Part shown: positions 26,701 to 37,640 of the stretch, one piece after another | Layout: each line of letters begins with the position of its first letter | How positions within the stretch are numbered: position 1 is the stretch's first letter | Origin: Camelus ferus | Taxonomy: Eukaryota | Direction of reading: 5' to 3' | Length of the DNA: 64,000 bases | Assembly (NCBI RefSeq): GCF_009834535.1 | Contig: NC_045696.1 | Location: 53,570,001-53,634,000 of the forward strand | Notes under the pieces: model-generated | The model's input: the letters and a program-made list of their open reading frames with translations, nothing else | Told to the model about the DNA's origin: nothing | The model's database searches: none | Translations under genes and position numbers: made by a program

Positions 26701-27413
26701 CTATATTATTACCTTCAGTAAGTAGGGCTGCCCAGGCTTTGTGTCCTGCAGGGAAAACAAGACTTGCTTATGTCATACAAACATGAGTCTAAAAAGGAAA
26801 TACATTTGCCTTTACTAACGACCTCTAAGAAGTAATTCTCTTTTTTTGAGAAGACACAGAAAATGTGACAGGCACAGTTCACGAATTTGCTAAGTATTCT
26901 CTGAGGTAGACAGTCCATGCTGCGTCAGACCTCACAGACCCTGCTACGAGAAGAACCGCGCACCTGTATACGTACACGGAGTGTCTGAGCTGTCTAGCAC
27001 ACTACCCAGATGGAGCAGCTGCTCGATAAAGATTTAAAAAGGGACTGAGTCCTGTCTAGTCTACTTTTTTTTAAAAACGTGGCTATACCTTCTTTATTTT
27101 CTCCCTCTTCCTATATATAGATAAATAAATAAGATACATTGATATATATTCATACATGTATATGATACATAGGTAAATATAAATACACAGAGAGACTTAT
27201 TTCCTTACACTCTTCTCTGCCTCACTGCCAGCCCCTTAGCACAGCCGTTGCCATCTCTGCCCCGTACAATCACAGTGATACCTAACCACCAACCCTCCTC
27301 TTACCACCATGCAAACTGGCCCTCACATTTCTCACCAGAACTATGTTTCTTAAGCATAAAAGCATCCCTAAAAATAATACTGCCACCTGGTTCATCTCAG
27401 ATTCATCTCCAAA

Positions 27414-27566
27414 GGGGGAGGATATAGCTCAGCAGTAGAGTGCACGCTTAGCATGCACAAGGTGCTGGGTTCAATTCCCAACACTGCCGTTAAAAATAAA
27501 CAAACAAACAACAAACCCAATTACCTACCCACCTCAAAAAAAAAAAAAAAAAGGGCAATTAAAAAA
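27414..27566 (+). mobile_element. tRNA-Ala-derived camelid SINE (vic-1 type) with tail
   Basis: Head ggggaggatatagctcagcagtagagtgcacgcttagcatgcacaagg...gggttcaattccc resembles tRNA-Ala(AGC); tail aaataaacaaac...aattacctaccc plus poly(A); degenerate TSD attcatctcca / attatctcca. Confidence 0.85.
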
Positions 27567-27881
27567 GTTAATTATCTCCACACCCTCAGCCCTTGCTCCA
27601 TTCCACTTACCTGGCTTTATTTGCCACTGTAGCACCGGTGCACACCTGGGATATGTGCATGTTTTTGTTTCTGTTCACTCGCTATTGTCATTGTTCATGT
27701 TATGTGAGCGCAGTGGAAGCAGGAATTTGGATGTGTTCACTTCTCTATCACTAGTGCTTGGAACCGAGCCTGACGCTAGTAAAGGCTCAAAACATATTTT
27801 TTCAGTAATGAATGCATCCCTATATTACGTAGGGGGAGTGCAGTGCCAGATGCAGAGCAGGCATCAGAAAATGTCTATTGA

Positions 27882-27971
27882 GTGGGGAGGGTATAGCTCA
27901 GTGGTAGAGTGTGTGCTCAGCATGACTGAGGTCCCGGGTTCAATCCCCAGGACCTCCATTAAAAATTTTTT
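27882..27971 (+). mobile_element. Short tRNA-Ala-derived SINE (vic-1 type, head only)
   Basis: A box TAGCTCAGTGG, B box GGTTCAATCCC; perfect 14-bp TSD AAAATGTCTATTGA at 27868-27881 and 27972-27985. Confidence 0.9.
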
Positions 27972-28819
27972 AAAATGTCTATTGAAGAAATGAATGAATA
28001 CAAGAACATATCAAAATTGAAAATATGTCTAAGAGTTTTCAGATTTGTGAAGAAATCAAAGCTAGTCTTTAAAGACTAAATCTCCTCTTCTCTATATTAC
28101 CTCTCCTCCTCCCCCTCAGCCATACAGTTCTGCAGTTAATGACAAAATAAAGTCTACATGAACTCTCAGGTGGAGCAAGACACTGTAGGGCTGAACTGGG
28201 GAGGGCATAGGGCTTCTTCTGCCTTTTTAACCAGCCCATTCTGGGCACAGCATGCCTTCATTCTCCACCCCCTTTAAAAACTGGCATGGACCAGAAATTG
28301 ATAAACTGACATTATTCTGCTTATACATGTAATCAATTAACACTCTGCCTACTCATTCATTTCTTTCTGGGCTTCCTCCAAAAGCTCTAAATCTAACAGA
28401 CAGTGGGGGAACAACTGTGAGCCTATTACCCAAACGATCCAAATGAGAATAAAAAGCTGCCAAAATCCAAAGCAAAATATTCACAAGGCACCCCCTCCCC
28501 TTAGGCCATTATATGTATATTTTCAGAACATACTTCACAAGAGTATAGATTCTTTAAAAACTCCATTTTTCTAAAGCTAAGAATCATTAAGAGAGTTTCC
28601 TTAAATCTATCCTGTTTGAATCAGATCTCTCCCTTAAAAAAAAAAAAAATGGGGACCTTCTAGGAAAAACTACTTAAGATATTTCTCTTCTTTCTTAATA
28701 CAGTAGCCCTCCTAGTCATAATTTTATGGTTATTCAACAATGTTAGTACATTTTTAATGTAAGATAAAATGATGAAAATAAATTTCTTAGAAAAACATGT
28801 TGAGACCTCTAAAACAACT

Positions 28820-29160
28820 GACCACTCACACATTCAGCAAACATTTATTGAGTGTCTATCATTGTTAAGTGCTATTCTAGGGACAGCAGATATAGCAGTG
28901 AACAAGGAACCCTACATGTTTCAAGGAACCCTACATTCTAACTGGACAGGGGAAGATGCACATAAAACAAAAAAAGTTAAACATGTAGTTTATTAAGCGG
29001 ATTTAAGTACTATGGAGTCAAAGTAAGAAAATGGAGAGTGTTGAACTGGGTAGTGGGGCAATTTAAAATAAAGTGGTAGGGAAGATCTCCCTGAGATGTT
29101 GTTATGTAAGTAAAGACTGCCCGGAGGTAAGGGAGGAAGCCAAGGACATCTGAAGAGTAA
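28820..29160 (-). mobile_element. L2 3' end
   Basis: cattcagcaaacatttattgagtgtctatc...gtgctattctagggacagcagatatagcagtgaacaag is the reverse of the L2 3' terminus. Confidence 0.7.
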
Positions 29161-30743
29161 CTCAGATACCATACTCCATCTTTGACTTCACAGGTACTCT
29201 TTAAAAAGCACATCTGTGCATGTTACATTACTAATGGCGGGGTTTTTGACCGACGGGCAAAATGATGTATCTAAAGACCTTAAGTCCTATTTGAAAGCAT
29301 TCCTTCTCTTCTCAAATTTGTCGTTCCCTTCTGTTTCTAGACAATTCACTTTTCCTCATTCTATCTTTATTACTTCATTTTTTTTGTAATGAGGAAATTT
29401 AAATTTTTGGATAGATCTGTCATGGGATTGGTTCCACTGTATAATGATCATGGTGTTTGTTGCATAATTATTAGAAAACCATGTTTTTAGCACAATTCAA
29501 GATGCCCAAATTGCTTATACTCCAGAAACAGTTGGTAAGTCTGAACATTAGCTGCTCTTTCTACCCCAAGGCTCATCCAGTTTCTTCTCTTAATCTTTTT
29601 AAAGGAAATGCACAGCAGAACCATGGGTTAGTTATTAGCTCTGGGCAATTCGTTCAGGCTTAGGTATTCCCATGTTACATCCTTCCTGTAATCAACTTGA
29701 TACTGACCAAGGAATATCACATCATTTGCAAAGAAGTCTGATGTGGGTAAGCTGCATCAAAAACCCAAGAATCATGGAGTAAGAGAATGTTTGAGTTGGA
29801 AGAGACTATATGTGAATCTCTAATGCTAAAATTTAGCCTTGTAAGTAGACAAGGGTACTAAGACTCAAGAGGTAAGTGGGATGCCTAAGTTATACCTGAA
29901 GGAAACTGAAAGTGTGAACCTCACAAAAAAAGAGGAAAAGATGTGATAGGAGGCTGAAAGAAAAAAGGCACAGAAGTGGACAATGTTAACATGGCATAGT
30001 TAAAGCAGATTTCATTTAGAAAGAATTGAAAGGTATGGGCTGCTAAAAGAAAAAGCAATACAGTGTTGTTCAAGAATATTTTATTCATCATGTTATCACT
30101 GTGTACCACATCCTAGCTTCAATGTCACTCTTCTTCTCTTACCTCTTTCCCTCCTCAAAGTACTACTTCTCCACTTTTCCCTCTCTTGGCAAACACTGTT
30201 GCCTATCCACCCAGCTACTCAGGCAAGAAATAAGAATCATCCATTACTCTTCCCTTTTCTTTGCATCCCACATCCTCACTTCTCCTTCTCTAGATCAGAC
30301 AGCCATCTTCTGGATTCGGAAACCGCTCTTATTGGTCTCCTTGCGCTGTTCCCCAACACCCATCTGCTTTCCATAATGTTGTCAGAGGCATCTTTGCAAA
30401 CCCAAATCACATCATGTTTTTCTTTTTCTTAAAAGTCCCCAACAACTACCTGTGAATTTCAGGTTAGAGTCCAAACTACCAGCACTGTTATACCAGGCGT
30501 TTCATGCCAGTCCCTTTGCTGCTGCTTAGCCATCTCTCACCATTCCCCTTCTACACACTGAAAACTCCATTCCTGTTCAGCTTTCTCACTTTTCAGAATG
30601 GCTACTCTCTACTCCCTGGTGCTTGATTTGGCCACCACCTCCTCCCTTTCAAAGCTCAGCTCAGGAATCATCTCTACTAGATTTTTTTGTCATTCCCCAG
30701 GCTAGGCAAAGTGACTATCCTACATTGTCCCACAACTCTTTCT

Positions 30744-31060
30744 TTCTTTTTTCTTTTTTTTTTAATTGAAGTACAGTCTGTTCACAATGTTGTATTAATT
30801 TCTGGTATATGGCATAGTGATTCAGTTATACATATATATTCTTTTTTGTATTCTATTTCATTATAGGCTATTATAAGATTTTGAATGTGGTTCCCTGTGC
30901 TGTACAGTAGGACCTTACTGTTTATCTATTTTATATATAGTAGTTAGTATCTGCAAATCCTGAACTCCCAATTTATTCCTCTACCCCCCCACCTCCAGTA
31001 ACCATAAGTTTGTTTTCTATGTCTGTGAATCTGTTTCTGTTTTGTAAATAAGTTCATTGC
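30744..31060 (-). mobile_element. Young 5'-truncated L1 3'UTR (artiodactyl/camelid type), inserted in an L2
   Basis: Poly(T) then ttaattgaagtacagtc...ggttccctgtgctgtacagtagg...gtaaccataagtttgttttctatgtctg; 15-bp TSD CCCACAACTCTTTCT at 30729-30743 and 31061-31075. Confidence 0.9.
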
Positions 31061-33366
31061 CCCACAACTCTTTCTATATATTTCTCCTTCAAAGAGCAAA
31101 TTGTGATATTTATTTTTGTGTTTCCACGCTGTATAATAGTCCTGATATACAACTGACATAAATTAATGTTTGTTGAACAGTTAAAGGCATGCCAATCTAC
31201 TGGGTTCCTGAATAAGAAAGAAAAATAAAACGAGGTGACTAACTTCAGAGCTAAGAGTTCAGTATATTTAGTAGTGAAATTCTCTAATAGATTATATAAT
31301 GATTTGGGTGCCGTGAATAAAGGTTTTTTGAGTTATGATTTGAACAGCCCTCAAGCTTCATTTGTACTGAAATTCCAAATGGCCTGTTTATTTCTGAGTT
31401 GGATCTGAACTCCATTTGATACCACATTACCAAATCCAAACGACCCAGCCCGTCTTTCAATTAAGTGAAAAGAACAGTGAGTTACAGGAACCATAAATGT
31501 ATTAAAAATGTCACAACCACTTTATTATAGAGCAACATAAAAATGTAATTCAGGTACTTAAAAAAAAATTGACACAGACTAAGCAGAGATGAGCCAGAGG
31601 GGATTACTTAGTGATCTAAACCTCGGCTCTGCAGTATCGCGGACCTCAGCTTCAAATCCAGCCTGGGTCAAGACAACCTGTCATTCTCCTGAGACTGAGC
31701 ACAGCCTATCTCGTAGTTCACTGTGTGTTTTTCATATTGCTCGAGGACTCCATGTACTTAAAAAACCTCATGGAATTTTCTCATACATGATAATGCTATC
31801 CCTAATAAGCTTAGCCAAATTCAGAGAACTCCTTGATATATAACCTGCAGCTCCAGATAATGCCCTGGGGTGGTTGTTAGCCATTCTGCAAAAATCAAAT
31901 CCAGTCAACACTTCAGAACTTGAGTTTGCCAGAAAGCTACCTCATGCCACCTCTTCCCCCCCTCACCCAATGCCCCATAATAAAATGAGGGTCTAATTAC
32001 CATGACTTGATTTTGCATGAGTAACAATCTGTTTTTTAAAACCAGTGAGAAACACGTCCTTGACTTTTCAAGTGTATGGGGGAAGTGACCCAATTAAGAT
32101 TCTCACTTATTTGCTTCTAACTTCTTTTTTGCACCATCCACAAATGACAACACAAACAGAATAGAAGGAGACATCTGCATAACTTGGAAATTTTATGATT
32201 GATAAGGCATTATCTTGTCAGTGGAAGACACTTGCATGACAAGTATTTATGATATAAGGAGGCTCCTAGTTATAGAGAAATAGAGTTCAGCCTGATAAAG
32301 GACTTTCAACATTCTAAACACCATCCCCTTCAGGGCAAGAGGATTAGCGCTGCTGTTTCACAACACAGTCCTATTACATCCGGAACCCAGTTACCAAGCG
32401 GGAAAAGAAAAGGTATTTGGCTCTCAGAATGCCCCCCCCCACACACACACACACATTTATAGAATTTAGAGTGAAGGTATAGAGGTTAATAAATGAGTAG
32501 GGACGTCAGGTCTCAAGGGAAAAGAAGCAGAGAAATTTAAACAATTGCTTAACTGACTCACCGCTGTCTATCAGACAAGGAGATGAAGGGAGACAATAGC
32601 ATGCAAGAAGCTTTCAATCATGCACAAACTAAACTGTACTCAAAAGTAAGATAAATAAGGTGTGACCTCAGAGGAGTGATGGCGAATCTTAAAGGTAGGC
32701 CTGTGTCAATGGGCAACTTGAATTTCAGGCCATGAGGATGCTTGCAATCAGTCTGGCAGTTTTCCTCCGTCTTTTCACAGGAATAACAAAGCAAGGAACT
32801 CTTTGGAAAATCACAACCATCTCAAACCAAGGATGTTCACATTCTTCTCTCAGATGTTCCAACTGATTTTTGAATAGCAGAGATCTAAGTGTCTCTTACC
32901 ATATCAAGAAGACTGAAGTGAGAAACAGAAACCTTTTACCCACCTGTTGCAGAAACAGAACCTTTTACCCACCTGGGCACTTTTTAGGTGGACGGCAGAT
33001 TGCCTTCATCAAGCACTATAACACGTGAACTCAAGCTAAGGTTCATCTTCAGAACAAGTCTTTTAGAGAAAGCACAAAGGCAATGTGGAGACTAGGGAGC
33101 AGAGTGGGAGGCCTTGACTTAGAGATGGATCAGAAAAGATTGGATATGAGGGCACCTGCAGGCACATAACCATGCTCACCGTGGGCATGTGTATCAGCCT
33201 ATACACTTGCTTGTGAACCCCAGGCAGTCTTTATGGACTTGTCTGTGTGTGTTTCTAATTTCTTCAGGATCAGCCATCTCCTCCCTGCAAGGTTCCTTTA
33301 TGTCTTCTATTCAAAACAATGTGCCTGAAAGTATTTGTGATATCCGAGAAATGGCTTGATCCTGGA

Positions 33367-33820
33367 TATGGTAGTCGGAATAATGGCCCCCCAAATAATG
33401 GTCCCCCACATCCTTATCCCTGGAATCTGTGACTACGAACTTTACATGAGAGCAGGGCTTCTGTAGGCGTGAATAATCAGGGGCCTGGAGATGGGGAGAT
33501 TATCAGGAATTTCATTGGTGGGTTCAATATAATCATGAGTTACCTTAAGTATGGAAGAGGGTGGTAGAAAAGGCAGAGAGGAGATGTGACAACCAAAGTG
33601 GAGGTCAGAGTGATGTGGGGCCACTGCTAATGAAAGCAGGCAGCCTTTAGAAACCAGGAAAGGCAAGGAAATATTCTCCTCTAAAGCCCCCAGAAGGCAT
33701 GCAGCCCTACTGACTCATTTTAGACTTGTGACTTCCAGCAATATGAGATGATACGTTCATGCTCTTTTAAGCCACACACCTTGTGCTCGTCTGTCACAGC
33801 AGCGATAGGAAACGACCGTA
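33367..33820 (+). mobile_element. MLT1D-like MaLR solo LTR
   Basis: tggtagtcggaataatggcccc...gagatggggagattatc...ggaaaggcaaggaaatattctcctctaaagcccccagaagg...ttttaagccac...cacagcagcgataggaaac. Confidence 0.8.
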
Positions 33821-33989
33821 TTGCAGTGGGTGAGCCCCTTCTCAGATAGTCTTCGATGACCACTCACCTTCTTAGCACACATTTGTCCTTCAAGCTCTCA
33901 TTTGCCTTGTAATGAGCACATGCTATATCCAACTCACTCTCCCAGGAGCTAGAGAGACAAGTATCTGTATCTTGTCTTTATGAGTTTAC

Positions 33990-34680
33990 ATTCAAATGGA
34001 AGTAGATATAGTAGGAATAAGGAAAGATGTGTACCCAGTCTACATGGGACCCAAGGGTGAAGAAGGTCAGTTCTACTTAGGAAAACGATGGGAAGATACT
34101 TTCTTAAATGGCTATTTGAAGGGTACTTTGTTAGTTGTCAAACGGAGAAAAGATGAGAAGAAAGGTCATTCCAGGCAGGGGAGTCGAATGAGTAAAACTC
34201 CAGATGCTGAAACAGCTGGATATGCTCTGGTGAGAATGTAGGGTATAAGTATCTATGCTGATAGAGACAAAACTGGACGCCTAAGTTTAGAATACAGGGT
34301 CTGAACTCTATCTTGTGAGTGATGGAGAATACTAATAAGAGCAGCATCAATTTTAGATCTGTGTTTTAAGAAATTGCTTAGGTGGAAAGCCAGAGTCAGA
34401 GAGACCAGTTAAAAAGTCAAAAGGATACTGCAATAGTCCAAGCCAAAGGTAACGCAAGCTAATCTTAAGTAGCAGAACAGGTGATGGGGAGAAAGATATG
34501 GGATCAAGATATACCACGGAGGTGGCATCAGCTGGACAGTGATAGATGAGATGCAGCAGGAAGAGAAAGGGAGGAGCTTAGGATAAAACCTGAGTTTAAG
34601 CCCTAGGTAGCCAGTGTGCTGCTTTCTAAAAGAGGACCTGCAGGAGAACCAGCCTGGTGAAAACAGATGACGACTTAATC
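33990..34680 (-). mobile_element. Degraded L2 fragment
   Basis: Purine-rich antisense L2 motifs (cattccaggcaggggag; gagagaccagtt...ggatactgcaatagtccaag). Confidence 0.6.
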
Positions 34681-36302
34681 TCTACATGCAAGTCTCCATC
34701 TTTTGTATTCTTTGAGATTTTTTTTTCATTTCATGAAATAATAAACATACTATATAGAGAGAAGGGACTGTATTTTCCATCTTTAGCATTTCCCTTGCCT
34801 ACCATAATGTTGGGCACATGATAAATTCTTGTTGAACTGAAAAGAATATTGCGTTCAGCAAGAAAGATATGTGTTTTGATTCCAATTCAGATGTGGAGCT
34901 TCAGGTTTAAACTTACCCTGAAGGTCAATCAACATAGTTCTAGGCAAAGGCATATCTCTTAGAAATGGATTAAAGAACTACTGGTGTTGGAATTTTCCTT
35001 CTGGCATGATGCACTATTTTCAATATTAAGAAAAAGAATCAATTCCCCTTGTATGCTGTTTCTTTAATTTTACGCATTAACTACTGAACAGTGTAAAATT
35101 TCAATATCTTTACTGAGAATCTAAGAAATAAAACAAGTATTTTGGAGCACCTACTGTCAGGTCATGGAGTTTCTCTGATTTTAGAGAAAGAGGTATTTAT
35201 TTTTTATTCTATTAAAAACTGATTCAAATTTAGCAGGGTTGATCAAATACTCTGCTGTACAATTAATCACTGAAAGTTAAAAATACTGAATTAGGGACAT
35301 CACAGTTAATTCAGTCACAGTGGTGGATATGACAGAGTGAAAGAAATTTTAATTCCCCCAGAGTTGAAACTACTCAAGCAAAATGGATTTTTCTTTTGAT
35401 TTAAATCAGACACTATCCCAAGTTACCTGTTAATATACTTTATTTTGGCTCTGTAGTCAACTATGGAGGAAAAAACATCCTAAGTTTTCCCCATTTTAAT
35501 ATCAAATGGGAGTAAAAGCCTTCAACAAACAAGCTCCTGGAATTAAATACTGAAAATAATACACTAGAAAGAGCTCAATACCACAACAACATATTCAGGG
35601 ACCAACACAGATTTGAGTCTTAATTACACGGTAATGTGCAGAACAAACCTGGTGCCATGGCACTTGGGGAGGACAGCTGGGGAGAATTTTCTAGATGCTT
35701 TCAGTGTGTTTTCTCGGCATAAGGCAGTAAGACGCAATAGGTAACGTGGTAAGAGTTCATTATTAACCCATGGTAACTGGCAAAGAAAATGGTGGTATTT
35801 CCTGGAGAAGAATGTATCAGCAAATATCATTTCAAATGTTTAATCTTGCGACGAGAGTCAGTAATTACTTCACTATTCCGTGAGCATGAAGGACTCTGAG
35901 AGTAAATGATTTATTGTTCTGACAACATAGAACAAATTTTAATATTTTGAAAAAAATTGAGGCCTATTAATCCTGGCGTGTGTTACTCTTAAACCCAAGG
36001 AAATGAAGAAACATTGATCTAATTTCTGCCTTTCAAGAGTGAAATTATATATTAACCACAGAGCACCCAGCAGCATACACAACCAGCACCCCCAGAGATA
36101 GTTAGCCTGACATCAGAATTGTGTTTTGCTAGCTAAATCCTGATCCCCTCTATGGATCTATACAACTTATTACAAATCAGCTCCGTGATCCAGCCAAGAA
36201 GTCAGAAGGGAATTCTCAGGAAGGAGGTGTTGAAATAAAGGGGCAGGTAGTGGCAAAAGGGCCAGACACGAAGAGGCAACAGCAGTCAGAAAGGAGGAGC
36301 CT

Positions 36303-36455
36303 CAGTGGCCTTTAGCAGTGCCCAAGAGTTACCTGGTGCTCTTGTCAATGCAGGTTCTGATTCGGTGGGTCTGAGGTGGGGCTGAAGATTCTGCATCTCT
36401 AACAAGCTCACGGGAGATGTCGCTTATCCCCGGAACCCAATCTGAGCACAAAGGG
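36303..36455. mobile_element. MER5A
   Basis: tgcaggttctgattcggtgggtctgaggtggggctgaagattctgcatctctaacaagctc. Confidence 0.8.
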
Positions 36456-37399
36456 TAGCATTTTTCTGTGTTTAAGAAAGCTCAAAGCACCAAATTCATA
36501 CCTGCACTGCCTCTGTGCCCCCAGTGTTTCCTTCAGGTTCTCTTTTATGGGATATAGTTTTGTTTTTCTTGAACATCATTTGTTTTGTTTGTTTTAGTCC
36601 ATTATGTTTGCTATATTGCATACTAACCAGATTTTCAGACAAAGAATAAACTCACCATCTTGAAAGCGTTCCTTCCTTTACCACTGCCTCCCGGTTAGAC
36701 TATGAAGCAAGCACTGCATCTTTGCACCACTGTCTCTTTTAAGAGACACCTGCCTCATAACCTAGACTGAGACTTTCTACCCGCCCTCAAAAAAGCAGAG
36801 AAATGACAGAATTCTGCAAAACTCAAGTGGAGAGAAAAAAAAACAAGACTGTCAGTCTCCAAGGAAGAGAGTTCTGTGATTATTAAAAATAATTTTAGCA
36901 CTATTGAAAAAACACCCTTCATGCTCCAGTTTTCTCATGTGAAAGACTGGATCGGACCAGAAGGTCTGCCGTGGGTGGGGGATTCGAGTCTGTGCTGCTG
37001 ACTAAATATTTCTTCAGCTGAGGAGGAAACATTTCCTTGTGCATGGAAGCCAGACTCTCTTGCCTACTAGGAAGATGGGGGGAATGTTAAGGGGTCAGGT
37101 AAGGGTAAGGAAGAGGGGAGGCACTCGCCACCTGTTTCCTCCTTTAAGAGGTAATCCTCCCACCAGAAGAAAAACATCCGGACCAGCTCTTTACTTTTGC
37201 TTTCTACTATTTCTGCCAGGAAGAAAAAAAAAAAAAAAAAAAGAAGAAGTTAAAGAAGCAAAGGAATTAAATATCACACTACACAGAAGGTGAGAGTAGT
37301 GTAACACAACGGCGTTCAGATAACCCAGATCTATAGTGATGTTTTAAACATCTGACTTTGTTCAGAAAAATCTTATTTACTCATGGGTAAATACTGCTG

Positions 37400-37640
37400 T
37401 GGCTTACATGACTAGTCCACATTTACAAAGTAGAGCGTGCTCTGCATTCCCAGGGGTGTCAGGCTCCATTCACTCTGACCAGGCAGAAGTGGTTTTTGCC
37501 ACCGTCTGCTTCATGGTCAGCATCTGTGGGATGGGAATCGTAACCATAAAAAGCATCCATAGATCTAGTGGAGGGATGAAGACAATGCAGTTTATGAACA
37601 TGTAAAGTATTGTTACCATCATTATTATTATTACCACCCA
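37400..37640 (+). mobile_element. MIR SINE
   Basis: catctgtgggatgggaatcgtaacc...gtggagggatgaagacaatgc...; (att)n tail. Confidence 0.55.

Noticed and set aside
27414..27971. Functional tRNA-Ala genes
   Set aside because: Stem mismatches, extra 5' bases, A-rich tails and TSDs show they are retroposed SINE copies
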